Shown piece by piece: positions 11,846-25,389 of a stretch of DNA of 64,000 nucleotides (positions are counted from its first letter, which is position 1; every line of letters starts with the position of its first letter). A program made the position numbers and the translations under genes. The notes beneath the pieces were generated by a model. That model searched no databases. It was not told the DNA's origin and was given only the letters and a program-made list of their open reading frames with translations. The stretch is taken from NCBI RefSeq assembly GCF_963921235.1, contig NC_086097.1, forward strand, positions 143,532,001 through 143,596,000, read 5' to 3'. The stretch is from Mobula hypostoma (lineage: Eukaryota).

Positions 11846-14800
11846 ATAGAAACATAGAAAATCTACAGCACATTACAGGCCCATTGGCCCACAATATTGT
11901 GCTGACTATATAACCTGCTCTAGAAGCTTCCTAGAGTTTCCCTACTGCATAGCCCTCTATTTTGCTAAGCTTCATGTACCTAACTAAGAGTCTCTTAAGA
12001 GACCCTATTGTATCTGCCTCTTCCACCTTCATTGGCAGTGCATTCCAAGCACCCACCGTTCACTGTGTGAAAAACTTACCTCTGACATCTCCCTTGTACC
12101 TACTTCCAAGCACCTTAAAACTATGCCCCCTCGTTAGCCATTTCAGCCCTGGGAAAAGGCCTCAGGCTACCCACACAATCAATGCCTCTCATCATCTTAT
12201 ACACCTCTGTCAGGTCGCCTCTCATCATCTTATACACCTCTGTCAGGTCACCTCTCATCATCTGTTACTCCAAGGAGAAAAGGGCAAGTTCACTCAACCT
12301 ATTCTCATAAGGCATGCTCTCCAATCCAGGCAACATCCTTGTAAATCTCCTCTACACTCACTCTATAGCATCCATATCCTTCCTGTAATGAGGTGAGCAG
12401 AACTGAAGACAGTACTCCAAGTGGAGTCTAACTAAGGTCATATATAGCTGTAACATTACCTTGCGGCTCTTGAACTCAATCCCTCGGTTGATGAAAGTCA
12501 ACACACCATACGCCTTCTTAGCAACACTGTCCACCTGCGCAACAGCTTTGAGTGTCTATGGATATTGACCCTAAGATCTCGCTGATCCTCCACTCTGCCA
12601 AGAGTCTTACCATTAATATTATATTCTATCTTCAAATTTGACCTACCAAAATGAACTACTTTATACTTATCTGGGTTGAACTCCATCTGCCACATCTCAG
12701 TCCAGTTCTGCATCCTATTGATGTCCCACTCTTACAACCCTCCAGACTACCCACATTGGCAAACTTACTAACCCACCCTTCTACTTCCTTATCCAGATCA
12801 TTTATAAAACTCACAAAGAGAACGGTCCTGGAACAGATCCCTTGCGGAACACACTGGTCGCCGTCCTTCTTGCAGAATACAACCTATCTACAATCACTCT
12901 TTGCCTTCTGTAGTCAAGTCAATTCTGGATCCACAAAGCAAGGTCTTCTTCAATCCCATGCCTCGTTACTTTCTGAATGAGCCTCGCATGGGAAACCTTA
13001 TCAAATGCCTTCCGCTGCTCTACCTTCATCAATATGTTTTGTTACATCCTCAAAGAAATCAATTAGGTTCGTAAGGCTTTGTCAAGGGCAGGTCATACCA
13101 TGCTGACTATCCCTAATCAGATTATGTCTCTCCAAATGCTCATAAATCCTGACTTTGAGGATCTTCTCCAACAACCTCCCACCACTGAAGTAAGACTCAC
13201 TGGTCTATAATATCCTGGGTTATCTCTACTCCCTTTCTTGAACAAGGGGACAACGTTTGCAAACTTCTGATCATCTAGTACGTCTCTCGTATCTATTGAT
13301 GATGCAATAATCATTGCCAGAGGCTCAGCAATCTCCTCCCTCACTTCCCACAGTAGGCTGGGCAGTGTCTGGTACAGTACAAGTGATTTATCCAACTTTT
13401 CAAAAGCTCCAGCACATTCTCTTTCTTAATGTCTATACACTCAAGCGTTTCAGTCCACTTTAAGTCATCCCCACAATTGCCTGGTGAATACTGAAGCAAA
13501 GTATTCATTAATTACCTCTGCTACTTCCTGTAGCTCCACCTACATGTTTCCACTCTCACTCCTAATTGGTCCTATTCTCACACGGCTCATGATCTTACTC
13601 TTCACATACTTGTAGAATGCCTTGGTATTTTCCTTAATCCTGCTCGCCAAGGCCTTCTCATGGCCCCTTCTAGCTCTGCTAATTTCATTCTTCAGTTCCT
13701 TCCTGGCACCCTTGTAATTTTCTAGAGCTCTAAGAATACCTAGTTTCTTGAACCCTTTCATAAGCTTTTCTTTCCTTCATAACTAGATTTTCTACATACT
13801 TTGTACTTACCCTACCATACTCTCCCTGCTTCAATGGAACATACCCATGCAGAATTTCCTTGAGAACATCTGCTCACAATTTATGTTTCTGCCTAATAGC
13901 ATCATATTTCCCCCTACTCCAATTAAAGTTTTTCTCAAATTTTCTGCTGCTATCCCTCTCCAGCGCTATGGTAAAGGAGACAGAGTTGTGATCACTACCT
14001 CCAAAATGCTCTTCCACCGAGAAATCTGACACCTGACCAGGTTGATTTCCCAATACAGATCAAGTACAGCTTCTCCTCTAGTTGGCGTATCTACATATTG
14101 TGACAGGAAACCTTCCTGAACACACTTAACAAACTCCACCCCATCTAAACCCCTTGCTCTAAGGAGATGTCAGTCAGTATTAGGAAAGATAAAATCACCC
14201 ATCACAACAAACCTGTTGTTATTGCACCGATCCAGAATCTGCCTTCCTATCTCTGTTACTATGGGGGGGTCTGTTAAAAAAAAAACAAAAAAAAACACTC
14301 AGTAGAGCTATTTCCCCCTTCCTGTTTCTGACTTCTACCCACAATGACTCAGTAGAGAATTTCTCCATAACTTCCTCCTTTTCTGCTGCTATGATGCTAT
14401 CCCTGATTAGCAGTACCACCCACCCTCACCTCTTTTGCCTCCCTTCCTGTCCTTTTTGAAATATCTAAAGCCCGGCACACTCAGCAACCCCTGAGACATC
14501 CAAGTCTCTGCAATGGCCACAACATCATAGTTCCACATATTGATCCACGCTAAGTTCATCCGCCTTGCTCATGAATTGAATTGAGTTTATTACTTACATC
14601 CTTCACATACATGAGGAGTAAAATCTTTATGCTATGTCTCCGTCTAAATGTGCAATGTGCAACTTACAGTAATTTATAATAAATAGTATGTACAACAGAA
14701 CAGTCAATATAACATAGAAATACAGTTGTATCAGCGTGAGTTAATCAGTCTGATGGCCTGGTGGAAGAAGCTGTCCTGGAGCCTGTTGATCCTGGCTTTT

Positions 14801-15720
14801 ATGCTGCAGTCCCATTTCCCAGATGGTAGCAGCTGGAACAGTTTGTGGTTGAGGTGATGTGGGTCCCCAGTGATCCTTCGAGCCCTTTTTACACACCTGT
14901 CTTTGTAAATGTCCTGAATAGTGGGAAGTTCACAGCTACAGATGTGCTGGGCTGTCCGCACCACTTTCTGCAGAGTCCTGCGATTGAGGGAAGTACAGCT
15001 CCCATACCAAGCAGTGATGCAGTCTGTTAGGATGCTCTCAATTGTGCTCCTATAGAAAGTTCTTAGGATTTGTGGGCCCATACCAAACTTCTTCAACCGT
15101 CTGAGGTGGCTGTGTCTTTTTCACCACACAGCCAGTATGTACAGACCACGTGAGATCCTTGGTGATGTTTATGCCGAGGAACATAAAGCTGTTCACCCTT
15201 TCAACCCCAGATCCGTTGATATCAATAGGGGTTAACCTGTCTCCATTCCTCCTGTAGTCCACAACCAGCTCCTTTGTGTTTGCGACATTGAGGGAGAAGT
15301 TGTTTTCTTGACACCACAGTGTCAGGGTGATGACTTCTTCTCTGTAGGCTACCTCGTTATTATTTGAGGTTAGGCCAATCAGTGTAGTATCATCAGCAAA
15401 TTTAACTAGAAGATTGGAGCTGTGGGTGGCGACACAGAGTAAAGGAGGGGCTTAGGACACAGTCCTGAGGGACACCTGTGTTGAGGGTCAGAGGGGCAGA
15501 GGTGAGGGAGCCCACTCTTACCACCTGCCGGCGATCTGACAGGAAGTCCAGATGCAGTTACACCTTGCATTAAAATAGACACATCTGAAACCATCTGGCT
15601 GAGTGCTTCTTTGTTCTATCATCTGCCCATCCTTCCTCACAAACTCTCTACAAGCTGTCTCTACTTGTGTGCCAACCACCCCATCCTCTGCCTCTTCACT
15701 TCGGTTCCCACCATGGCCTC
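11846..15720 (-). mobile_element. Long decayed CR1 LINE (endonuclease, RT and 3' tail), interrupted by a Rex/Babar insertion
   Basis: 3' tail (TTTCTATG)n at about 11846. Frameshifted ORF2 pieces: WQMEFNPDKYKVVHFG; ANVVPLFKKGSRDNPGYYRPVSLTSVVG; KENTKAFYKYVKSK; endonuclease STESLWVEVRNRKG...RPP. Confidence 0.9.
14573..15550 (-). mobile_element. Rex1/Babar-clade LINE 3' fragment nested in CR1
   Basis: FYRSTIESILTDCITAWYGSC..RRTLQKVVRTAQHI..LFQLLPSG..SFFHQAIRLIN (ORF 14731..15096), with a (TCAAT)n tail. Confidence 0.85.
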
Positions 15721-16736
15721 TCCATGGATTTCAGTGGACAGGAATGATTGCAAAGTTTCATAATACATGCAAGTTCATTTAGGATTTTTCAGCTTATTTA
15801 AACACTTTACATGTTTTAGCTTTATTGACTTCTTATAAAATGATTTTTTGTTAGCTTAAATAGTGTATCTAGATTTGAATGCTTTGAGTGTTTCCAAGTA
15901 TCAGAAATAGTTAGGAGCTCTAACAGTTGGTCAATCCATAGGCATATCTTAGTCCACTGTCAGTTTTATGCGAACCTTCCCAATGTTGAAGATTGTGTCC
16001 AGAAGACCCTTTCATTTTGTAAGGTTGTCCCGTGATGGATACAGCCATTTAGTTCCTGCTAAGATAATCGTCTGAGGAAAATGGAATAATTTGTTGATGG
16101 ACCTCGGTAAACACAAGCAAATTGTCCCTGAGGTTGTCAACATTGTATTGCAACAACAAAGGACAGTTGTGGAATGCACTGTTGATGGCCTTTGTCGCCT
16201 CAGCAAGTCCCCTTGTATAGCAGAAGCTCCCAAGTGCAGCCAAGGTTAAATGTAGCATTTGCTGTTGCAACCATCAATTTCCTATGAAATTATATTGAAT
16301 AGGGGATAAAGGAGAATGAAAACAGTGTCAAATCTTACTGGTTACCCACTCTGAAAGCTACTTATTTTTGAAAACATTGATGTTCTGAAAGTGCATGCAG
16401 ACATGTGCATTCAGAGGTAATTCGAAAGGTTCTGAAAAAGAATACATAAAAGCCAAGTGTATTTTCTCTAAACTGTAGTCGATCATCTAGATTGCTCAAT
16501 GGGCAACTACTTTGCTGTCCCATGTGAGGAAGCTGGACATGGTTCCTCCGTCAATAATCAAGGTCCTTCTGCAGCACCAAAGGTTTCCTCATGTTCATGT
16601 ACACGAGCCTTCCTGCAATAAGAACAAACACTGAGACCGAGGCCGTGGCAGTGATGTTAAGTCAAAGGCTCTTGTAGTCGTTTGTGCTCTTTATAACAAA
16701 ATTTTAAATTGCAGTAAGTGCCAGCTTGTGGCCACC

Positions 16737-17410
16737 AGAATAAGAACAAATCAGGTTTGTTATCAATGATATATATCGTGAAATTTGTTTTGTGACAGCA
16801 GTATAATGCAAGACATAAAAATATTACTCTAGGTTACAGTAAAAAAAATAGACACATAGTGAGGTAGTGTTCATGAGTTGATGGATTGGTCAGAAATTTG
16901 ACGGCAGAGGGGAAGAAGCTCTTCCTAAAACATTGAGTATGTGTCTTCAGGCTCCTGCACCTCATTCCTGATGGTGGTAATGAGAAGAGGGAAGGTCCTT
17001 GATGGTTAAGATTTCTTAATGATGGTTGCCACCTTCTTAAGGCATTGCCTCTTGAAGATGTCTTGATGGTGGGGAGGCTTCTGTCCATGATGGATCTGGC
17101 TGAGTCTGCAACCTTCTGCAGTCTCTTCTCATCTTACGCATTGGCACCTCCGCACCAGACAGTGATGCAACCAGTCAGAAACTCTCTGCAGTCCACGTTT
17201 AGAAATTTGCTAGTGTCTTTTATGTCATACCAAATCTCCTCAGATCCCTAATGAAGCAGAGCCACAGGGATATCTTAATTGTGATTGCATCAATATTTTG
17301 GGCCCAGGAAAGATCCTCTGAGGTGGCACGCAGGAACTTGAAGCTGCTCACCGCTTCCACTGCTGACTCCTTGATAAGGACTGGTGTGTGTTCTTCTGCC
17401 TTCTCCTCCT
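16737..17410 (-). mobile_element. Rex1/Babar-clade LINE 3' fragment
   Basis: LFSLPPSGMRCRSLKTHTQCFRKSFFPSAVKFL (ORF 16834..17088). Confidence 0.75.
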
Positions 17411-18269
17411 GTGCCAGTACTATATACCAGGGTTACACCTGAAAGGTTTCTGTTGTAGTGACAGCCTGATAGGATGTTAGTCCTTGGCTTTTCACTCAGA
17501 CTCTGAAGATTGCACAGGGCCTGACATAGTCACTGGTCCATGTGTTCCTGGTCTTGATCCATGGGTCTCTCTGGTCCTTGATGAAAGGGTAATACTGGTG
17601 AAGCCTTCAAAAAAAAAGTGTTAGAGAGGATGTTGGAAGCAATGTTCTATATTTTTCTTAATAGCTTGCAGCTGTGACTGGTTAATAACTCTTTAATTTG
17701 ATTTTCTTGGACAATCCCCGTGATTAGTAATCCTAGTGAATCTGACACCAGTTTTCTCTAAGTTTAGAATCAGTGGTATTTAACCCTTAACTTTGTGACT
17801 TCTTTTGGTATTTCCCTGTAAACATCCAGCATGCAATAAAATTTTGCCGGAGCCTTCAAACAGCCCTTATATTTATTTGAACTCATGCTCTGGCTCACAC
17901 CCTTTTTCAGTCAATTGATGAAGAAGCCAAGTCTGGCACTCGACCAAACTCTACTAAGTATATACATTGTAGTGCATAACACAGCCAATATTGAGGAATC
18001 TGATTCTGTGCATTCATTCTATACGTTCATTGGAAAGTGGGACACTATAAATTGTCTTTAAGTCTTTCCAATGAAAATTTCACCCAATTACTCTAGGTGT
18101 GTTGCTTTACTAATCCCTGTGCAAAGGGCAGGTGATAATTCGATGTGCATTGGTGCTTCACTTCATTGCTTTGCTTTAAATCTCATTTTTCACATGCTGC
18201 AAAAATTTCTGAATGATATCCCTGTAGATTGACAACATTCATCTAGTCGTTACAATTCTTACCTGGCTC

Positions 18270-18510
18270 AATATCCCAAGTTCCAGATGCATTGCAATGA
18301 GCTGTGGACAGTATCCATGCTGAGACAGTGCTGCACTATCAGTCTGCATTTGGAATGTGGCATTACATTTTCTGCTGACTGAAACAAACAGAAAAGGCTC
18401 ACTATTTGTAGAAGAACAGAGGAATTCCCCATATCCAGGCCAAAATTTACCCTCAACCAAAAATACCTCTACAGAGTATTTGGCTACTTATCTCATGGCT
18501 GTATTCACAA
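18270..18510 (+). mobile_element. DeuSINE (AmnSINE1/SacSINE1-like) remnant
   Basis: TGAGACAGTGCTGCACT and GAAGAACAGAGGAATTCCCCATATCCAGGCCAAAATTTACCCTCAACCAA resemble the Deu domain. Confidence 0.5.
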
Positions 18511-18584
18511 CCACACTGTGAAATGCACCCAAAGAAATGGAAAAATACATGGAGGCTGTCACACGTAATGAAAGGGTTTCATTT

Positions 18585-19770
18585 TGAATTTATTTAAATC
18601 TTACATCCATCCCATAACGTGAGGGAGTAAAAATCTTTGTGTTATGACTCTGTTGCAATATACAGACAAGTGAATTTATAAGTCTAATGGCTTGTAGAAA
18701 GAAGCTTTCCGTAGCCTGCTGGTCCTGGCTTTAAGGCTGCGGTACTGTTTGCCAGGCGGAAGCAGCTGAGACAGTTTATGGTTGGGGTGACTGGTGTCCC
18801 TGATGATCTTCCAGGCCTTCCTTCTGCACCTGCTGCTGTAAATGTCCTCAATGGAGGTAAGTTCACGTCCACAGATGCACTGGGCTGTCCGTACCACTCT
18901 CTGCAGTGCCCAGCGATCAAGGTTGGTGCAGTTCCCACACCCGGTGGTGATACAGCCAGTCAGTATACTCTCAATGAATTGAATTGACGTTATTACTTAC
19001 ATCCTTCATATACGTGAGGAGTAAAAATCTTTACATTACGTCTCCATCTAAATGTGCAATGTGCAATTGATAGTAATTTATAATAAATAGTATGTACAAC
19101 AGGACAGTCAATAGAACATAGAAATACAATTTTATCAGCATGAATTAATCATGCCCCTGTAGAAGGTCCTGAAGATTTGGGGGCCCATGTTGAACTCCTT
19201 CAGTCGCCTGAGGTGGAAGAGATGCTGTTGTGCTTTTTTTGCCACACAGCCAGTGTGTACAGTCCAGGTGAGATCTTTGGTGATGTGTATACCAAGGAAC
19301 TTGAAACTGCTCACCATCTCAACTGCAGACACATAGGTGTTGATTGGGGCGAGCCTGTCTGGTTTCCTCCTGAAATCCACGATCAGCTCTTTTGTTTTTT
19401 GGACATTGAGGGAGATGTTGTTACCCTGGCATCACTGTGTCAGGGTGTCAAGCTCTCCTCTCTAGGCTGTCTTGTCACTGCCAGACATGAGGCTGATCAG
19501 TCATGTCATCGTGTCATCTGCGAATTTGATCAGCAGATTGGAGCTGTGTGTGGTAGCACAGTCACGGGTGTAAAGGGAGTAGAGGAGGAGACTCAGGACA
19601 CAGCCCGGGTGGGGGGGGGGGCTCAGAGGGGCAGAGGTGAAGAAGCCCATCCTTACCATCTGTTGGTGATCTGACAGGAAGTCCAGGATCCAGCTGCACA
19701 AGGCGGGGTGCAGGCTGAGGTCTCTGAGCTTCCTGTCAAGCCTGGAGGGAATTATGGTGTTGAATGCTGT
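18585..19770 (-). mobile_element. Rex1/Babar LINE fragment with a nested 3' end (about 18976-19150) of a sister family
   Basis: RT motifs WILDFLSD..Q.VR, PGCVLSLLLYSLYTRDC, LIKFADD and FKFLGIHITKDLTW. The nested piece is nearly identical to 14573-14747. Confidence 0.8.
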
Positions 19771-20364
19771 GGCTATGGGGTCATTCCTTTAAATTAATGT
19801 TGTTTGCAAATTCAAAAAATAAGACTGATTGTATATTTTCCTGTTTCTATTGGAAGTATACTTCTATAAAAGATCATTAATTAGTTTAGAAATTTGTGTT
19901 TGCCTTGTAAACATAAGTAAACATTTTCTTTCAATATGCTTCATTATTGCTCATATTTTTAACTTAAAAAATGTGGCCTCACTCTAATTGATTAACTTCT
20001 TTAGTTGGATGAAGATACTGTCCCTAGCACTCCTTTACAATTCCAAAAATCACTAAATGGGAAGTGTGAGCCTAACTCTTAGTGCTTCATCTGGTCTCAG
20101 TGCCTCTTGGTTAATGGGAAGAAAAGAAAAAGAGCCCGTGGTTCTGCTCTCGATTATCCTCCTTCATGTGAGTTTGGAAAGACTGTAAAGTTTTCAGTCA
20201 GTGGGCAAAATGGTGGAAGAATTTGCTTGCTACTCTTAACTATTTTTCCTTTCATTGATTTCAGTTGATCTGGGAGCACTATTTTAGCTCTTGTTTATTG
20301 CTTTTTAGCTTCCAACTAGCATCTGTGGCACAATGTTTATTTTGCCAGCACTGGCTATGTGTGT

Positions 20365-20663
20365 GTCGCGTGGCCAAGAGCTTAAGGTGTCGGTCTAGTG
20401 ATCTGAAGGTCGTGAGTTCGAGCCTCAGCTGAGGCAGCGTGTTGTGTCCTTGAGCAAAGCATTTAACCACACATTGCTCTGCAATGACACCGATGCCAAG
20501 CATATCGGCCCTAGTGCCCTTCCCTTGGACAACATCGGTGGCATGGAGAGGGGAGACTTACAGCATGGGCAACTGCCGGTCTTACACACAACCTTGCCCA
20601 GGCCTGCACCCTGGAAATCTTCCAAGGCGCAAATCCATGGTCTCACGAGACTAATGGATGCGT
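20365..20663 (+). mobile_element. tRNA-derived SINE
   Basis: A box TGGCCAAGAGCTTAAG (from 20371), B box GAGTTCGAGCC (20414-20424), then GTGTCCTTGAGCAAAGCATTTAACC. No tRNA acceptor stem. Confidence 0.75.
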
Positions 20664-21289
20664 AAGTTATGTGGTACATGAGTGAGTGATGTGGGACAAG
20701 TAGAAAACATTACTTAGTTGCTAATGTAGGTTTTTGTTTATTCATATAATGTAAAACAACTAAAAATGGCCAATCTTCTGATATACCTCCTCCTCATATA
20801 CCTCTCCCTAACCCCCACCACCCCCCAACACCAACCTGACTAATTCTTCCTTGTATAAAGATGATGAGTAAGAACAGGAACCATACTAATTGCTTTTGCA
20901 GTCTATGGTTAAACAGTAAATGACACTGATGTGAGGTCCTCAGGGTATGGCAACTGCCTGGAACAGAGTGTTAACTGGGTGTTACATCTAGAGGAGGAAA
21001 GCGAGAAGGGAGGAGAGTTAAACATTAACTGTTGGTTAATTCCATGTGTAAGTAATTGGATGTAAATGAAGATCATGTGAAGGAGCAGAAGAAACAGAGA
21101 CTTGGTGAGTTTAAACAAGCATTTGGCATAAGAGAAAAAAATAGTAATTTAAAAAAAAGTTTTGATCAAGGTAGGTAATGCAATAAATATAATTATTTAA
21201 AGTCATTTATTTATCTTTTAATGTGTTTATTTTAATACATGCAGCATAGCAGGGACCTCACTCCATATTCTCCTGTGCCATGTGGGAAC

Positions 21290-22330
21290 TCCAGGATCTT
21301 TTGCATGTCCTGGACAAGCACAGATGTACATCAGCTGGAGATGCTTGAGCTCTGGGCTTTGGGCCTTGAGGCTGTCTGTGGATAGACCGTTCTTACAGAT
21401 GCTTACCCGCAGGTGAAGAGAATGCTGGCAGAGAAGGAATGGTGATATCCGCACTGAAAACATAAGAGCAGACAAGTAGTTTAGGAGACTCCCATGGACA
21501 GCATTGCTGAGTCGCATTCTGATAATACTGTTGAGAAAGGGTTTTTCACTGGGAAGTGTAGCTAAGACCGTAGGCATTTGCTGTGGCTTAACTATACAGT
21601 GGGGTGTGGTACGAAGGTGGGGTTGGGGAGGGGAGATGGGGAGGAGGAGTAGGGCACGGTGGAAGGAGAAAGGTCAAAAGAATAATAGCTATAGGGGATA
21701 TTGTGGTTATCCAAACAGAGAGATGTTTCTTTACACTTGTAAGGCAGCAGGATGTCATGTTTCCTCCTTGCAGCCAGGGTTGAGGATATCAGTAAGTGGT
21801 TATTCTGAGAGAGGTCGGTACAGAGCCAGAGACTGTAGTTGATATGGGTGCCGACAGAAAACAGAAGAAAGTCTTGCAGGCAAATATGAATAGAAGGAGT
21901 GTGAAGAGCATCAAATATGAATAGAAGGAGTGTGAAGAGCACAGTGATGCGGTGATTCCACGAGCCTGAGTTCAGTATTGATGTTTGCGGCTGCCTAGAG
22001 TTCGTTCATTACCTCGGGTGCTCTATTTTGCAGAAACCTGCTGTTTGCTAGGTTATTGACTGTTGTAAATTACCCTCAATGCTGGTGGCTGATAGGAGAA
22101 TCAGGAGAATAATATACTGTGTATCATTGAGTACAAGAATGGTATAGAAAAAATGAATGTAGGTCTGAGGAGATGGTGCAGCTAGGGTAGGTTTCAGATT
22201 CTTAGGTACTGGGAATAGTTCAGATTTAAAAGGTACCTGTACAGATCACACACGTTATACCTCAACAGAACTGGGGTTAATTTCTTTGCAGGTAGGTTTT
22301 CTGGTTATGTTAGTAAGGATTTAGTTTGCC
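21290..22330 (+). mobile_element. Highly decayed CR1 ORF1 (esterase-like) remnant with a SINE insertion at about 21940-22110
   Basis: Pieces resemble CR1 ORF1 motifs (CLPGARVxDV; WCxxEGFRFLxxW..DLY..D.LHLNRTG). Confidence 0.5.
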
Positions 22331-22454
22331 ATAGAAATCTGAGTAAGGCTTCAGAAGGGTGAAGAGCAGTTCTGAAATTGGAAAGCAGCAAAAAAGTGGG
22401 AGAATTTGGAAGGCGAGGGACATAAAGCCAGGAAAACCAACCAACAGCATGCGC

Positions 22455-23620
22455 ACTTGTGCTTTATGGTTCAGACCTGTATGTAGAGGCTGATTGGATG
22501 CAAGGTGAGAACAGGGGAACTCTGTTCTTGCTCTCTTTGGGAGAGGGGGTGACAGCAGAGGTGCAGGAAATAGATGAGGTTATAAAGGGAAAGCTGCAGT
22601 TCAGGAATAAGGGTGACATTTTGGAGACAGTAAATACCACAAAAATGAGGGATCTGGGAGAATGGAATGGGTTCCTTACAGCCAGTGGATTGAGAGGAAA
22701 TATAGTCAAGATCACTGTAGGATTCTGTAGGCTTGTTATGGATGTTGGTGGGTTGCCTGACTCCTCCGATTGTGCCACTCCATTCCACAGATCATCTTTT
22801 GCAGCTTCTTTCAGCTTCATAAACACAAGAGATACTGCAGATGCTGGAAATCCAGGGCAATACACACAAAATACTTGTGGGTCTCAGCAGGTCAAGAGGT
22901 GATCTGCCTGACCTGCTGAGTTCCTCCAGTATTTTGTGTGCCTTCCTCCGTCTTTGATACGATTCCATCACTGGTCACAAATTCCCCTCCTCTCTCCTTT
23001 CCGAATCTTGTCCATCTGTTCTCTTTGCCACTCCCTGGTCCACTTGCCTGCCCCCACCAATCTCTTCCCATCTTGAAGCACTTCCTTCTGCAACCACAGG
23101 AGATGCTGTATCTGTCCTTTCACTTTACCCCATCTGGAGACTCAATCAGCCTTTCTATGCATTGATGTGAATCACTTGCACTTATAATCTTTTATCTTTT
23201 CTTCTTCCTGTTTGGTGTGCTGTATCTGGAGTTTGCAAAGCCGCCTCCTTTACTTTGCTGAAACCAAACCGAGGTTGTGTGATTACTTTGCCGAGCACAA
23301 GTGTTCAGTCTGTGGGGCTGACACTAAGCGTCCTGTTGCTCGCTGTTTAATTCTCCGTCCCACGGCCATCCTGACCTTTCTGCCCTGCACTGTTACATTA
23401 AGGCTCATCATCAGCTGAGGAACGACAGTTCATCACCTATCCAGACACGCTGTAGACCTTTGGAACAGGTATCAAATTCTCCAACTTTAGTTAATTTCTC
23501 TTCTCTCTCTGTATCAGAATTGCTCATTTCTGCTGCGTGTTGCCTGACAGTGTTAGCTCAGCTGTTTTTCTAGATTAGTGCAGCCTGACCTGCTGAGCAT
23601 GTCCCACAGCCCTGTTATTA
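22455..23620. mobile_element. Rearranged Penelope-like element: RT thumb on the - strand, GIY-YIG endonuclease on the + strand
   Basis: Minus: TNIHNKPTESYSDLDYISSQSTGCKEPIPFSQ..PVLTLHPISLYIQ (22471..22788). Plus: VCCIWSLQSRLLYFAETKPRLCDYFAEH (23212..23418), a degenerate YIGETKRRLGDRFAEH. Confidence 0.75.
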
Positions 23621-24057
23621 GCAACACATCACAATTTTCTCCTATTTTATCACACTCTAACTGCCTCTATTAACCACTTTGACTGGAGAGCTCTCCACAA
23701 GGAAACCCAGACCTCATCTTTTCACAGATATTCCTTTCGTCCTGTTCACTCTTGCTGCCACCATTTTTGTAATTTAAATCTACCTTTTTATTTTCTCTTT
23801 TTCACTGTTCCACTGAAAGACCTTGCTCTGAAACTTTAGCTCTGTTTCACGTGCACAGGCACTGCCAGATCTGCATGTGGTTAGAGCATTTCTGATTTTA
23901 TGAGCTGAGATACAATCAGTTCAAAGATATAGAATGCACTAAAGTGCCTGATTTGCATTCAGAAATATACAGCAATCCCCGTCTGAGGTTGCAATTCTGC
24001 ATTTAATTTTAAGCAAAGACGTTTGGCAGGTGGAAAGTGCAGCAATGTGAGAGCATG

Positions 24058-24722
24058 TTGATTGGCATGAAAGTAATGAGGCATGGGATCCAAGGAGACC
24101 TTGCCTTGTGGATTCAGAATTGGCTTGACCACAGAAGGCAAAGGGTGGTTGTGTATGGTTCGTATTCCGCATGGTGGACGGTGACCAGAGGTGTTCCGCT
24201 GGGATCTATACTGGGACCCCTCCTCTTTGTGATTTAAAAAAAAAATATAAATGACCTAGATGAGGAATTGGAAGGGTGGGTTAGTAAGTTTGCTGATGAT
24301 ATAAAACTGGGGGTGTTGTGTATAGTCTGAAGGGTTGTTGGAGGTTACAGCGGGACATCAATAAGATGTAGAACTGGGCTGAGAAGCGGCAGATGGAGTT
24401 CAACCCAGAGAAGTGTAAAGTGGTTCATTTCGACAGGTGAAATTTGAAGACAGAATACAATATTAATGGTAAGACTCATGGCAGAGTAGAGGATCAGCGA
24501 GATCTTGGGGTCCATGTTCATAGGACACCCAAAGCTGCTGCACAGGTGGACAATGTTGTTAAGAAGGCATATGGTGTATTGGCATTCATCAATCATGGGA
24601 TTGAGTTCAAGAGCCGTGAGGGTATATTACAGCTATATAAGACCTTAGTTAGACACCACTTGGAGTACTGTGTTCAGTTCTGGTCACCTCATTATGGGAA
24701 TGATGTGGATGCTATAGAGAGC
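24058..24722 (+). mobile_element. CR1 LINE RT fragment
   Basis: WIQNWLDHRRQRVV..GVPLGSILGPLLFVI; KFADD; LYKTLVRHHLEYCVQFWSPHY. Confidence 0.9.
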
Positions 24723-25389
24723 ATGTTCATTGTCATGGACGTGATTCAATAAGAGTTGGCATAGTAGTGAAGAAGGATAAAGATAAAATAAGACATAGTG
24801 AACATTTGGAGTAAGGCTAATTTACAATATTGAAAAGAAAGTTAGCAAAAACAGACTGGAACTAGTTATTGAAAATCTCAGTGTCAGAATGATGGAAGGT
24901 TCTCATCTGCAACAATAAGAAAAGGACATTACTACTGAGATTCCTGAACTGGTTGGGGTGAGAACCACTGCTTCAAGAAGTTCTGTTAAACCTATTTCCA
25001 CCACAATAAAATAGGACTATAAATATGGAGCCTCCTGGATTCATCAGGGTAAGATTTAAAAAAAAGGGAAATTATGTCGGATACCAAGAGCTTAATACTG
25101 CTGAAAACTTCAAAGACTTGAGAGAATCTAAGAATGAATTCAAATGGACATTTGGAAAGCAGAGCGGGAACACTGGAAGGTAAAATCAAAGCCTAAGGAT
25201 GTTTTATAATGAGCATGAGGATACTAAGGAAGAGTTGTGCTTGTTAAGGACTGATAAAGTTGCTTTTGTGTGCCAGCAGAGAATTCTGAATGTTTGCCTT
25301 TGTAAAAATGGGACAAATATTGATGTTGTATTGTCAGAGGTATTGAACACAATAAATCATAAAGTGGAGGGTATTAACAGATTCAGATA

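Noticed and set aside
20365..20440. Possible tRNA gene
   Set aside because: A and B boxes are present but there is no acceptor stem, and the sequence continues into a SINE body.
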